In this document: one piece after another, positions 12,607-26,117 of the stretch
Layout of the letters: every line of letters begins with the position of its first letter
Numbering within the stretch: the stretch's first letter is position 1
Assembly: GCA_964016885.1 (NCBI GenBank)
Contig: OZ024759.1
Span: forward strand, 23,684,001 to 23,748,000
Origin: Eledone cirrhosa
Lineage: Eukaryota
Direction of reading: 5' to 3'
DNA: 64,000 nt
Made by a program: the position numbers and the translations under genes
The notes under the pieces: generated by a model
Database searches by the model: none
Told to the model about the DNA's origin: nothing
Seen by the model: only the letters and a program-made list of their open reading frames with translations

Positions 12607-14170
12607 AGATTACTGGGAACCAACTCATGGGAAACGCAGTAGACGAAACCTCGAACCTTCATCGATAAACTCTCAGACAATATAAACCTCAGTAGGGATA
12701 AGTTTGCCAGGAAAAATATAATATATTGGTTGTGTTCCGGCTCTTTACGCTCTGAGTTCAGTTCCCAGGGAGGTTAGCTTTGCTTTTCATCTTTCCAGTC
12801 TCTCTGCATGCTTGGTCCCGTAACTCCCGAGGGAATCGTGACGGCACCGTATTGACATACGGCGTTGCTAGGGCATTTTAAAACCTGGTGGACCCCAATC
12901 CTCTTCAGGTGTAAATACAGCAGATTTCTTCCAGAGAAGGACAAGGAGTGAAAGAATGAAAGTGAGAAAGAGATATAGAAGAACCAATTCCAGTACTTGA
13001 CTGGTGCGTTTCTTATCGAACTTGAATTGATAAAAGGCAAAGTCGAGTTCAGTGGGATTTGAACTCAGAGAGTCGAAACTAGTACCCCAGAACACTCTAT
13101 TTAACGATTCTGCCAATTCGCTCTCTCTAAGGTCTATAAAATAGTATAAAATACCAATCAAGTACTCGGATCGATTAAATAGACTTTCGCCATCCCCACC
13201 ACCCTAAAAATTGTGCTTAAATCAAAATATGAAAATAGAACACGCCCCACACACATGCACGTGTTTTTTTTGTTTTGTTTTTTTATTACCCGTTTGTTGG
13301 TTTGTCTGCGCATGCGCCTGTCTGCCTCTATCGCTGTCTAAAGTCTGTCTTGAGCCCGGATGTCTCATATCCCAGTTTCCATGGCATGAAGCGACTGCGA
13401 GTACAAGACTCCCTCCTCCATTGGTTAACCCCCAAGCTATTGCTGGTACTCATTTTCAGTTGAGTATACCGGAGCCACGTGAAATGAAGTGTTTTGCTCA
13501 ACAACACAACACAGAACCCAGTCCAGGAAGCGAACCCACTACATTATGATCGTAAATCCAACACCCTTACCCCTAGGCCACACACTTCCACTCAATGCCT
13601 GTTTTTTCGGTCTATCTTTTTTCTTCCCTCTTCTCCTCACATATACACAACATACGCATACATAAATGCATCTATGGACCTCCGTCGATTTCGACAATGG
13701 GTGTTCCAGCTGATTGATTAACGGAATAGTCTCCTTATGAATGCAACGAGAAAGTGGCAGAGCATTCCACAGACATATCTACCTTAAAGTAATTCTCAGG
13801 AAGATTCAGTGTTCTTTTTTACTTTTCAAGATGGCTAACTAACAACAATATATGTTTTTGTTAAGCTAGTCTATCTTACCTTTTATCCTTCTTTCTTCCA
13901 AACACTAATTTTTCTCATTTTTATTTTATCTCCCGATGAAAGACTATTGTCCGTAACATCGAATCACGTTTAAGACTGATAGAATTATATCATTAATGTA
14001 CTGTATTTTGCTTTTGTGTTAGATTTCCTTGTTTCTCCATATCGATTATTGAATATATATTATGTTTGTCTATATATATGGTGAACTAACTGATGTGTAA
14101 CCACTTCTACCTAACTCGTTCCATGGACTGAATGCTCTACCACTACAGATATTACCTTCCAGTGTTCTAC

Positions 14171-14214
<44 letters not shown>

Positions 14215-14268
14215 CAGGTTTAGCGGGAATTATGTGTGCACATTAGCAGATGTTATACGGTGATATGT

Positions 14269-14362
<94 letters not shown>

Positions 14363-14752
14363 GTGTATATGTGTGTGTATATATATAGGTGTCTGAGATC
14401 TATATACACTGGTCATAAATACACACATATATATACACATACACTCACATATATATACTCAACAACACCAACAGGGAACCCGTGCTTCGATTTACGCGAA
14501 ATTTCTTTTATTTTTTTTGTATTTCCATTTCAGTGACAACTTCCTTTCAAAGTATTTTCCCATTATGCGCTCGTTTGGTTGTATTACATTACAGAGAAGC
14601 AAGCAAGCAATCACAGACTTTTATTAATATACCAGGGTCATGTTTACTTAAAAATAATTTTTTTAACAATTAAAATATACACAGACATGTATATAATGTG
14701 AAATGAAACTGGAAGACCCAGATATATACGTGTGTGTATGTATATATATAAA

Positions 14753-14805
<53 letters not shown>

Positions 14806-14811
<6 letters not shown>

Positions 14812-15780
14812 AAGTTTGTCCTCATCAGTGGCCTTCCAACCGTCGTAGGCATTTCGTATTAAAGGCCATATACTTCGCATTAAAGGCCATATACCTCAGG
14901 TTGGTGCGAGCAACGGCTAAAAAAAGTCGTTGGGACATGTAAATAAAGGGGACGCTAGGGTAAACAGACAAAATGGTTTAAGCAGCAGAAAGTGATGAAG
15001 AAGAAACAAGTCCCAGATTTCTATGAATATAAATTCGGTGGAATCGTGAACGAGAGAATAAAGACCATCAAACCTGGTTGAAATGTGAGCAAGGAAGGAA
15101 TTTCGCACAGGTCTAACGGGAGGAAGAAGGGGTCTGGTCTGCGAATTCGGTAAACATAAGTTCTGTGAAGTCGCAGACGAGAGAGAGAGAGAAAAAAAAT
15201 CCATACCGGCTTGGCCAAGTGCCCGCGAGGAAAGGATTACGGATAGGTCAAACGGGAAGAAAGGGGAGGAGGAGAGGTAGTGACAGAGAGTGAGTGAGTG
15301 AAAGGTGAGGAACAGGCTAACAGAGAGAGAGAGACTGCTAGAAAGGGTAAAGACACAAAGAACGAAACAGACTGGTGGCAGCGGAGGAAAAAATATATGT
15401 GTAAATATGATAATAATGGAGCTGCGGCGCTGCAAATGGGTTACATATGAAAAAGTTTGTCCTCATCAGTGGCCTTCCAACCGTCGTAGGCATTTCGTCG
15501 CATTAAAGGCAATATACCTCAGGTTGGTGTGAGCAACGGCTAAAAAAAGTCGTTGGGACACGTAAATAAAGGGGACGCTAGGGTAAACAGACAAAATGGT
15601 TTAAGCAGTAGAAAGTGATGAAGAAGAAACAAGTCCCAGATTTCTATGAATATAAATTCGGTGGAATCGTGAACGAGAGAATAAAGACCATCAAACCTGG
15701 TTGAAATGTGAGCAAGGAAGGAATTTCGCACAGGTCTAACGGGAGGAAGAAGGAGTCTGGTCTGCGAATTCGGTAAACAT
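14806..15780. repeat. Direct duplication of a ~340-bp element (14806-15157 and 15446-15780)
   Basis: Near-identical blocks from atgaaaaagtttgtcctcatcag to gcgaattcggtaaacata. The flanking blocks 14370-14630 and 15810-16155 are also diverged duplicates. Confidence 0.8.
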
Positions 15781-16164
15781 ATATATATATATATACATGT
15801 ATGTGTGTGTGTATATATGTATGTGGGCGTCTGTGATCTATATACACTGATGATAGAGACACACACACATGTATATATACACAGACTCACATATATATAT
15901 ATATATACACAACAACACCAGCTCTCTCTCTCTCTCCCCCTCTCTCTCTCTCTCTCTTTAAGAAGGTACCCGGAAAAACCCCATATCTCAGGACCCCGTG
16001 CTCCGAATTACGCGAAACTTGTTTTATTCCATTTGTATTCCTATTTCAGGGTCAACTTCCTTTCAACCTATTTTCCCATTATGCGCCATTTTGGCTGTAT
16101 TACTTTACAGACAAGCAAGCAAGCAAACAACCATAGAGTTTTAGTATTATATAGATAGATAGAT

Positions 16165-18957
16165 ATCTTTCTTTATTTGCCACAGGGGCGTACAAAAATG
16201 GGACATTACAAGACGTGACGGAGGGGGTTTTACATAAAATCTTTAACAATGATAAATAACAATAATCTATATAAAAATAAAACAATTGAATCCCCATTAG
16301 GAGGGGGGGGGGTAAAGCTACTGCGGGGTTGTTTTAAACCCCGTGGATAGAACAACCCTGAACTCCAAGAATACGTGTTGTAGGTGTTCCCGTCTTCCCT
16401 CTGTTTATCTTCCCCAACCTACAGGTTTATATACAGAGAAGGCCCATTCACCCGGGCCATTTTCGCCACATTCACCCACCTTTCAGCGAATTTACTGGGG
16501 TGTAGCACCTCTCTCTCCACTCCCACCTTCCTTCTGAACTGGTGCTTAAAGAAGGGGATGAGTTGTTGTCTGGAGAGAAAGGTGCTTGCCCTCAGTCCTT
16601 TTAACCTCGTCCACCATATTACCTCTTTTGCCATAGCCACCAGACAGAGGAAGACGACCTCTCCTTCATTCTTAAATGAAAGCGGCGGGGGGATCCTCAC
16701 GATGGACTCGGCTGACAACTGGATGCGTCCTAAACGTGACAGTAGCTGTTCGACATAATTCCACAGGTCGGTCACCCCTGGACACTGAACAATTGGGTGC
16801 AGAACGGTTTCGATGCCTTGCTCGCATCTTGGACAGGTCCTTTTGGCAGGATCTCTGCCAGGGCGTCCATGCCTGTAGATTTTGAGCTCGAACTGGTAGA
16901 GCTCCTCGGTAGCACTGCCAGGCCAGAGACCTCTGGAAGTTACCTAGGCCCTGGACGGAAAGTCCTCCCGAACAGACTGGTCAGTTGGTCTTCCTCGATG
17001 CCGAGAGTTTCCTCGAGAACGTCGTCGCTAATCCCCTATAGAATGTCGAAGTAGAGTCTTCGCTGATTGCCGTTTCCGCTTGCTAGAGGGCTGTGTGCGC
17101 CTGAAAGCACTCGAGGTGCCAGGTGCCCATTTTCGGTCTTCGCTTGACCCAGGACTGCAGCTCTGTTAATGAGACGAGTTGTGGAAGAGCTCGTCTCACA
17201 AACGACAGCCACACCGGTTCGCCGGTCAGGAACACCTGGAGATGGCGTAGCCGCAGCGCGTGTTTCCGTATCATCAGCCACGGCATGCTCAGCCCTCTGT
17301 TAGAATGGTGTTGACAGCAGATGGATCTCCTCACCAATGGAGCCTGTTTCTTCCAGAGGAACTTGAAGAGTCGGCGTTCCATTTTGGTGAGGTATTCGCG
17401 GGGACAAGGCACGACTGTCAAGCGGTAGTAGATGACGGACGCTATGTAAGTGTTCGCCACCTCCACTCGACCTTTCAAGGAGAGTTTGCACTCAGCCCAC
17501 TCTGAGTGAGTGCAAACACCTTCGCCGTGACCTCGTTCCAGTTCTTGTCCACCTGGAGGTCTGGACCAAACCAGACCCCGAGCAATTTCACCGGTCCTTC
17601 CGTCCAGCGTCCAACGACATTGCCGGAAGGCATGGGTTTGCCTCTCCATGTGCCGAGTTGCAAACCGACAGACTTGTTTGGGTTTAGTCTTGCTCCTGTC
17701 AATGTTTCGTATTCCTGTAATAGGTTGCCGATTACCCTGATGTCCGAGGTTTTAGACACCATTACGGTTATGTCATCGGCATAGGCCGAGGATGCTTTCC
17801 GAAGTCCTGGTTCGATCGGGATGCCCTCAACAGCTCCAACTTCCGCAGTAATGGCTCGAGAGTTAGTACATACAGAATGGAGGATAGAGGGCACCCCTGA
17901 CGGATGGAACGCATGATTTGGAATGGCTCCGATAGGTAGCCATTCACCTTGACTGCCGAGCAGATGCTGGTGTGCATGGCAGCTATCCAGCCTCTGAAGA
18001 CGGGACCGAAGCCGGCCTTGAGAACCGCTTCCAAGTATTGATGGTCGACCCTATCAAATGCCTTAGACTGATCTAAATTGATCAGAGCCCCACCGAAGCC
18101 AGGCTTACACGCTACCCTCTCTATGATGTATCGCATGAGGTGGAGGTTGTCATGTATGGACCTGGTCGGGATTGCACACATTAGCACGTCCCGTACTAGC
18201 CTCGCTGCTAACACCTTGGCTAAAATCTGTAACTCTGTGTTGAGCAGATTTATGGGCCTGAAATTTCTTATCTCATCCCCTTGTTCTTATCTTTCCTGAT
18301 CAGCGTTACTACGCCTCTTCCTACTGCCAGTTGCAGTAGACCGCTTCGTGGACGCCAGAGAACAAGTCTGGCATGCCTATGTAAAACTGATAGGGTAGAC
18401 TATCTAGACCGGGTGATTTGCGTTTCCCGCAGCGGCTTAGGGCATCTTCTATTTCGCCCGCTGTCATCGGCCTTTCGAAGCTCTCTGCATCCGTGCCCGA
18501 GAGTCGTGGTTCGCCGTCGAGGTAGGAGCTGAAGTCCATCACCCTCCTTAATGCATCCCTTGCCCGAACAGTTGTGCAAAATGCTGCTGGAAGGCCGTGC
18601 ACATCTGCTTCGATTCAAGTAGAATGCGTCCATCTTTGTCTTGCAAGGACCGAATTGTGGATCTGTTGCCACTTTTCGCCTCTCGGGCCCAGCTAACAGC
18701 TTTGGCTCCCTCATTTCTTAGAGAACGTGTTCTACTTCTGACAATACAATCTTCGTGTTTCACGTTGAAGAACTGGTCAGTCCCGTTCTCGCCGCTAGCA
18801 CGTCAGCTGTACTGCCATTCCTAAGTGCCGCTTCTACTTTAGCTACCAGTTCCTTTTCGGTTTTATTCTTTTCTAAAGCTACTTCCTTGCTAAATGCTAT
18901 CGATTCTATTCTAACTGCTCTCTTGAGAGAGCTCCACCACGTGTTGTTGACGATCGT
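16165..18957 (-). mobile_element. Tx1/L1-clade LINE copy 1, 5'-truncated and degraded
   Basis: Frameshifted RT pieces KSPGLD, LINLDQSKAFDRV, SIRQGCPLS, AYADD plus C-terminal domain. The 3' end abuts gatagatagata. Confidence 0.9.
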
Positions 18958-19073
18958 TGTAAAAAAGAATAACCGAAAAGGAACTGGTAGCTAAAGTAGA
19001 AGAGGCACTTAAGAATGGCAGTACAGCTGACGTGAGATAGAAAGATCGATAGATATGTTTCTTTATTAGCCAG

Positions 19074-19122
<49 letters not shown>

Positions 19123-19247
19123 TTCTTTATTAGCCACAGGGGCGCAACAAGAAAAGGGGACAATACAAAGACATATAGATAGATAGATAGATAGATATAT
19201 TTCTTTATTAGCCACAAGGGCGTACAAGAAAAGGATAGATAGATATG

Positions 19248-20223
19248 CTTCTTTTATTTGCCACCAGGGCATCAAAAGTAGGACAAGTACAATGGGGGGA
19301 GTTTACAAAACAAGGCGTCCTCAATAAGGAGGAGGCAATAACAATATATAAAAATAAAATAAAATATAACAAAAAATAAAATTTATAACAAAGTCCTCAA
19401 TAGAGAGGAGGCGCCTTGGGGGGTCGCACACACCCCCGAAAAAAGTGTGCAACCCTTCTCCTCAGGAGCACAGAGAAGGGGTGCTCCCTTGGTCTTTCAT
19501 CTTCCTCACCTATAGTCTGATGTAGAGTGAAGGCCCATTCACACGGGCCATTCTCGCCACTTTCACCCATCTTTCATAGAAACGGCTGGGGTGCAGCACC
19601 TCTCTCTCCATCCTGATCCTTCTTCCGAAATGATATCGGAAGAAACGGACCAGTTGTTGGCCAGAGAGAAAGGTATCTGACCTCAGTCCTTTCAGACGCG
19701 TCCACCATACAACCTCTTTCGCCATGGCTATTACGCACAGAAACACCGCCTCTCCTTCGTTTTTGAAGAGGGGAGGCGGCTTGATCGTTACAGTAGACTC
19801 GGTGGTCAACCGGATCGGTCCCACCCTTGACAGCAGTTGTTCGACATAGCCCCACAGATCGGCAATGCCCGAGCAGTGTACCAATGCGTGTGCAACGGTT
19901 TCCTCGTCGCACACGCATCTGGGACAGATCTTTTTCGATGGGTCCCTACCCGGGCGCCCGTGTCTGTAGAGCCTTTCTCGAACGGGCAGAGCCCTTCTGT
20001 AGCATTGTCAGGCCAGGGACCTCTGGAAGTTGTCCATGGGTCCCGGGCTGAATGTCCTACCGAACAGGTTGGCCAGTTCGTCTTCCTCCATGCCTAGGGC
20101 TTCTCCGAGGGCGTCGTCGCACCTGCTAACCACCAGCCCTCTATAGAATGACGAGGTGGATTCTCCAGACAGCCGGGTCCGCCTGCCAGAGAGCCGTGAG
20201 CGCCTGGGCACACTCGGTGTGCC
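19248..20223 (-). mobile_element. Tx1 LINE copy 2, 5'-truncated
   Basis: C-terminal CxxC..ETVAHALVHC..VVWWTRLKG. (GATA)n on both sides. Confidence 0.9.
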
Positions 20224-20282
<59 letters not shown>

Positions 20283-20515
20283 TTCTTTATTAGCCACAAG
20301 GGCGCAACAAGAAAGGGGACAATACAAAGACATGCCGGGGATTTTACATTCAGTCGTGTAAAAAATATAAAAACAAACAATTTCAACAATCGAAATCCCC
20401 AATAGGGGGGAGGCGCCACAAATGGGTTGTTTAATACCCCGTCGATAGAACAACCCTCAACTCAAGGAGCGTGTTGTGCAAGTGCTCCTTTCTTCCTTTT
20501 GCTCTCTTCCTCAAC

Positions 20516-23500
20516 CTACAGGCTTATAAACATAGAAGGCCCAATCACTCGGGCCATTTTCGCTTCATTCACCCACCTTTCAGTAAATTTACTGGGGTGC
20601 AGTGCCTCTCTCTCCACCCTGATTCTCCTTCTAAAGTGATACTTAAAGAATGGAATCAATTGTTGTCCGGAGAGAAAGGCATCTGTCCTCAGTCCTCTCA
20701 ACCTCGTCCACCATATAACTTCTTTCACCATAGCCACCGTACGGAGGAAAACCGCCTCTCTTTCGTTTTTGAAAGAGTCTGGCGGTTTGATCCTTACTAT
20801 GGACTCGGCAGTCAACTGTATTTGTCCCATACGCGACAGCAGTTGTTCTGCATAGTTCCACAGGTCGCTTACGCCCGGGCAGTGTACAATTGCGTGCAGA
20901 ACTGTTTCAATGTCCTGCGCACATCTTGGACACGTCCTCTTGGAAGGATCCCTGCCAGGGCGTCCGTGCCTGTAGATCTTGTCACGAACCGGTAGAGCTC
21001 CTCGGTAGCACTGCCAGGCCAGGGACCTCTGGAAGTTGTCCATAGGTCCCGGGCGGAAAGTCCTACCAAACATACTGGTGAGCTCATCGTCTTTGACGCC
21101 CAGAGTCTCTCCGAGCACGTCGTCGCCCTTGTAACGTACAATCCCTCTATAGAATGTCGAAGTGGAGTCTCCACTGATTGCTGCGCCCGCTTGCCAGAGG
21201 ACTGTGAGCGCCTGAGCGCATTCAATGTGCCAGGCGCCCATCGTTTTCGGTCTTTTCTTCACCCAGGACTGCAGCTCCGTTAGCGAGACGAGCTGTGGGA
21301 AAGCCTGTCTCACAAACGGTGCCCACACCGGTTGGGGGTCGGTGAGGAATACCTGGAGATGCCGCAGCCTCAGCGCATGTTTGCGCATCATCAGCCACGG
21401 CATTCCCAGCCCTCACCAGCGGAGCCTGCTTCTTCCACAGAAACTGGAAGAGCATGCGTTCCATATTGGCGAGGTGTTCACGGGGACAAGGCACGACAGT
21501 CAAGCGGTAGTAGATGACGGACGCTATGAAAGTGTTCGCCACCTCCGCTCGACCTTTCAAGGACAGTTTGCACTCTGCCCACTTCTGAGTGAGTGCAAAC
21601 ACCTTGGCCGTGACCTCGTTCCAGTTTTTCTCCACCTGGAGGTCTGGACCGAACCAGACCCCGAGCAATTTCACCGGTCCGTCCGTCCAGCGTCCAACGA
21701 CGCTGTCGGATGTCATCGGTTTGCCTCTCCACGTACCGAGTTGCAAACCGACAGACTTGTCTGGGTTTAGTTTTGCTCCCGTCAGCGTTTCGTATTCTTT
21801 CAGTATGTTGCCGATCACCCCGATTTCCGAGGTGCTCGACACCATTACTGTTACGTCGTCGGCATAAGCCGACGCCGCTTTGCGCAGTCCCGGTTCTAGG
21901 GGGATGCCCTGCAACAGCTCCAATTTCCGCAGTAGTGGCTCTAGAGTCAATACATACAGAATGGAGGAGAGAGGGCATCCCTGTCGAATGGAACGCGTGA
22001 TTGCGAACGGCTCCGATAGGTAGCCGTTCACCTTGACCCTCGAGCAGATGCTGGTGTGCATCGCCTCGATCCATCCTCTGAACACGGGACCGAAACCGGC
22101 CGCCTTGAGAACCGCTTCCAAGTATCGATGGTCGACCCTATCGAATGCCTTAGACTGATCCAAGTTGATCAGAGCCCCACCGAAGCCGGGTTTACTACCC
22201 ACCCTCTCTATGATGTATCGCATGAGGTGGAGGTTGTCGTGTATGGACCTGGTCGGGATTGCACACGTTTGCGCTTTCCCTGCCAGGTTCTCGACGACAA
22301 GCGCCAACCTCGTCGCTAGCACCTTGGCCAAAATCTTTAACTCTGTGTTGAGCAGAGTTATGGGCCTGAAGTTGTTAATTTCGTCCCCCTTGTTCTCGTC
22401 TTTCCTGATCAGCGTTACTACGCCCTTGCCTGCAGAACTGGGAATTCTCCCGTTCTGCTGCCAATTGCAGTAGACGGCTTCGAAGACGCCAGAGAACAAG
22501 TCCGGCATGCCTATGTAAAATTCGTAGGGTAGACCATCTAGACCGGGTGACTTGCGTTTCCCGCAGCGGCCCAGAGCGTCCCGTATCTCAGTGTCCGTGA
22601 TCGGTCTTTCGCAGAACTCGGCGTCCGTGTTCGAGAGACGCGGCAGGCCGTCGAGGTATGAACTAAAGTCCATTGCCCCGTTCGGCTCACCGTCGTTCTG
22701 CTCAAACAGTCGCGCAAAGTGCCGCTGAAAGGCCGCGCACATTTGCTTGGGGTCAAGTAGCACGCGTCCTTTTTGGTCTTTCAAAGACCGAATCGTGGAC
22801 TTGTTGCCACTTTTTGCCTCCGCCACTCGGGCCCAGCTGACAGCTTTCGCTCCTTCGTTTCCTAGAGCACGTGTTTTGCTTCTGACCACGCAGCCTTCGT
22901 GTTTCGCTCGACGCTAACACTCTAGCCGCGTTGCCACTTCTAAGTGCCTCCTCTACCTTGGCTACTAGTTCTCTTTCTATTCTGTTTTTCTCTAAGGCTA
23001 ACTCTCTGCTATACCCTATCGATTCTATTCTAATTGCTTTCTTGAGAGAGTACCACCATCTATTGTTGACGATGGCTCCCGTTAACTGTTGCTTGACTAG
23101 TTTACTTATCCGTTCACTGTAAGCTTTACGTGCCGGCAACGACATGTTCAGCTTCCAGTATCCAGGACCCTGTCTATGTATTCTATCACGGTTGACTAAG
23201 CAGACGACTAACTTGTGATCTGAATAGGCAACCATGTGCATTCGTGGACAGCTTAACATATCCTTGTCCCTTTCTCTAATGAAGAACCTATCTAAATACG
23301 ATCTAGATGTCCCACTGCGGTTTACCCACGTCCACTGTGGTGCAGTCGGGAAATCCAGTCGATACCTATCGGCCAGTTGGAATTGGCCGATTAAAGTTTT
23401 GAGGCTGTTGCACCCCGCTCTACTGGGACATGCTCCCACATAGTCCCATCGTGCATCTAGGATACCATTCCAGTCCCCCACTAAAAGTAAGGAGCGAGAC

Positions 23501-23901
23501 GTTCCCAGAAAAGACTCTAGACGCTTAAAGAAGTCTGGCCGTGATTGCGATTGCCCGGTCGGGGCATAAACGGCCACCAGTCTGAAGGCTCCACCTCCGA
23601 TACTGTTCACGTCTAGGACTACCAGTCTACCCTCCGGGTCCAAGTGTACTTGCTGTACTCCGACGTCCAGGTTCTTCCGAAACATAACAGCCACTCCACC
23701 TCCACCTCCTGGCTGACAGAGAGATGCGTAGATCTCAAAGTCGTCGAAGATGGGGGTTAGTTGCTGCCTGTTGTGGATTCTGGACTCGGTAATGGCTATC
23801 ACATCCATACTGTGTGACCTAAGGTCGTTTAAAAGTTGGCCCTGTTTCCAGGGCATCCCTAGGCCACGCACATTCACGGTTCCAACTCGTAAACCAGCCA
23901 T
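20516..23901 (-). pseudogene. Tx1 ORF2: APE endonuclease, RT and C-terminal CCHC domain, with two frameshifts
   Basis: APE motifs TVNVRGL, ITES, VYAP, GDWN, SYLDRF, SDH (22753..23901). RT motifs KSPGLDG, FRPITLLN, DQSKAFDRV, QGCPLS, YADD (21222..22889). CPRC..ETVLHAIVHC (20516..21403). Confidence 0.92.
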
Positions 23902-24533
23902 GTTGGTGAAGAAAAGTTGGAGAAAAAGGACGAAAGGTGCACTTACCTTTTCGTTTCCTGGAGATGGGGTTGTTCAATCTCCATTTGGGTGCTGGATGGG
24001 GTGTTGGGTGGGGTGGGGAAACCTTTCAACAGGACGCGGTTGATGGGTTTGTGGCAGGGGTTGCCCACGTCCTGTGAAAATTTAATTTTCAGGTCTTTAT
24101 AGGTTTCCATAGAAACCCTTATAAGTTTAAGGTGTGGAGACGATTCTGCCTTGACGAAAGTTTTGCCCTCCGTCTCCACCTTGGGGTTTTGGGAGATGAC
24201 CTCCATCAAACTCTTGTTGTTTGTGTTGATGTATGCGTATTGTTGTTTGTGTTTTTGTTGTATTGTTTTAGTTTGTTGTTCATCTGGGAGTTTTCTTTTT
24301 ATGGTGGGTGCTTGTGTTTGGGGTGGTGTTGGTGCTGGTTTTGCTGATAGGGGGTGTTTGACTGTGGTGTTGTTTGTGTTGTTGTTTGTGTCTGTGGTTG
24401 TGTGTTGGTGTTGGTGATTTGAGTTTTGGGGGTTTTGTGGTGTCTCTTTTTTTGTTTTTTGGATTTCCGCGGTTCTCCCTCTTCTTCACTTAAAGAAGGA
24501 GAAGCAGCTTCATCCGTCGATGAATAATCATCG

Positions 24534-25862
24534 TCAGGTGTGTGGGGTAAGGGTATGTTGTGTGGTGGTGGTGGTGTTTCGGTATGTGTGTTTGTGGTAG
24601 TGTTTGATGGAGTGGGATGGAGTGGGGATGTGTTCTTCAGGGGTGTTGTCTCTGTTTTTTCTGTTGTTGTTGGTTGAGTGTCTGTTTGTTTTGGTGTGGT
24701 TGTTCGTTTCGTCTGTCGTTGTACTTGTGGTGGTGGTGGTGGTTGTTTTGGTGTTGGTGTTGGTAATAGCGTTTTTTTTTATGATGTTGCTGTTGTGTGT
24801 TTGTGGACAAGAGGCTTTTAGGTGAGATGTGCTACCACAGCGAAAGCAGTGAAATTTTCTTCCTTCTACCGAAATGTTTATTTTGTTGTTATTATCAATA
24901 ACGACTCTTTCGGGTATTTTGGAGATTCTCTCCGTTTTCATTTGCAACAGAATCTCCAAATCGGTGCCCGCCCACCTTTGTCGAATGGATTTTCGTATCG
25001 AAAGTATTATGTCTGTTTCTGGCTCTACGAAGCCAGCCAAGATCCACCAGATGTTAATGCTTGGAGGTATGTTTTTTATTTTTATTTTTTGTGTCCTTTT
25101 CCCCATGTATGTAGGGAAAAAGGTGTATGCTTTTGACACTATTGGTGTCACAGAGTTTTTTGGGGCCAGTGCCTCGCTTTTAAACAGTACGGAAACACTT
25201 CCGTACTGTTTTCCTCGCTGGAGAAAATCGACATTTCCTAGAATCTCCTTGAAAGAATCTTCTATATCTGACTGATTAACAAATGTCGGTTTTCTTGACG
25301 AATTTGACACAGTCCTAAAAGTGACTGATCGGCGGTTTGTGTCTTCCTTTATTTCAAGGGGTGAGTTAATTCTAAACCCACCTCTTTCTTCGAAAGTTAC
25401 AAATTTTCTCCCTTGCTGGAGCATATCTCTTGCGTTGGAGATATCAAGATTTATAAAATCTTGTTTCTTGTTGACTGTGTCAGCAAAAGACATTTTCTTT
25501 TTTTGTGTGATGTTGTTGTTAATAATGATGTTATCGTTGTTGGAAATTTTATGTGTAGATGTATCTGTAGAGTTGTTGATGTCTTTTTCATGTGTATGTA
25601 TGTCAATGGGTTTTTTTGCCGTGTTTTCCCGTGTGTTATTGTCATTTTTCTCCGCTTTGGCGGTAGAAATTGTAACATTTTCAAATGTTGATATATTTTT
25701 TTCTTTTGTGACAGTATCTATGGCAACGTCCATAGCAGCAGAAGCAGATATAACGTTAATGTCTGCCTCTTTCTCTCTCTTTTCACTATTAACGTTCTCC
25801 AGCGTTCTAGTGTTGCTCAAGTTTTTTTTACTTTGTAAAATTTGATATTTTAAGACAAACAT
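24534..25862 (-). CDS. Tx1 ORF1 nucleic-acid-binding protein with zinc knuckle
   Basis: 442-aa ORF upstream of ORF2 with CFRCGSTSHLKASC (CX2CX4HX4C). A low-complexity tail probably continues, frameshifted, to ~23943. Confidence 0.8.
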   Translation of the reverse strand: MFVLKYQILQSKKNLSNTRTLENVNSEKREKEADINVISASAAMDVAIDTVTKEKNISTFENVTISTAKAEKNDNNTRENTAKKPIDIHTHEKDINNSTDTSTHKISNNDNIIINNNITQKKKMSFADTVNKKQDFINLDISNARDMLQQGRKFVTFEERGGFRINSPLEIKEDTNRRSVTFRTVSNSSRKPTFVNQSDIEDSFKEILGNVDFLQRGKQYGSVSVLFKSEALAPKNSVTPIVSKAYTFFPTYMGKRTQKIKIKNIPPSINIWWILAGFVEPETDIILSIRKSIRQRWAGTDLEILLQMKTERISKIPERVVIDNNNKINISVEGRKFHCFRCGSTSHLKASCPQTHNSNIIKKNAITNTNTKTTTTTTTSTTTDETNNHTKTNRHSTNNNRKNRDNTPEEHIPTPSHSIKHYHKHTYRNTTTTTQHTLTPHT

Positions 25863-26030
25863 TTAAATAAAATTTTCGCCCCTACAGGGGCGAAAAATGG
25901 GATTACCACCCAGCTGACAATTCAGCTTGGGGGTTAATCTACAAAGTGTTGTATTTTTTTCAAATAATTAGATCGGTTTTTTGCATAGAAATTAACAAAA
26001 AACTTACCGGCGATATTCCACACGTTAGAC

Positions 26031-26116
<86 letters not shown>

Positions 26117-26117
<1 letters not shown>

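Larger units (their letters stand above)
20282..26033 (-). mobile_element. Tx1 LINE copy 3, near full-length (ORF1 + ORF2)
   Basis: ORF1, APE, RT and C-terminal zinc-binding domain are collinear. The 3' UTR ends AATAAA-gaaa-(TCTA)n. (GATA)n at 20224-20281 and 26034-26117. Confidence 0.92.

Noticed and set aside
13930-13965. CCGATGA-gactattgtc-GTAA hammerhead-like trace (similar trace at 62717)
   Set aside because: Both core halves are mutated and the stems are short, so it cannot be distinguished from chance.
14818-14860. Minus-strand CTGATGA with a GAAA upstream (also at 15460-15500)
   Set aside because: Stems I-III could not be closed convincingly in either type I or type II topology. At best it is a truncated relic.
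19040-19270. Repeat-spacer pattern resembling a CRISPR array
   Set aside because: The units are LINE 3' ends within a GATA microsatellite. The context is eukaryotic and there are no cas genes.
21225-25845. Plus-strand ORFs overlapping the Tx1 element (and those over the Helitron)
   Set aside because: They are antisense shadows of transposon coding sequence with no recognisable motifs.
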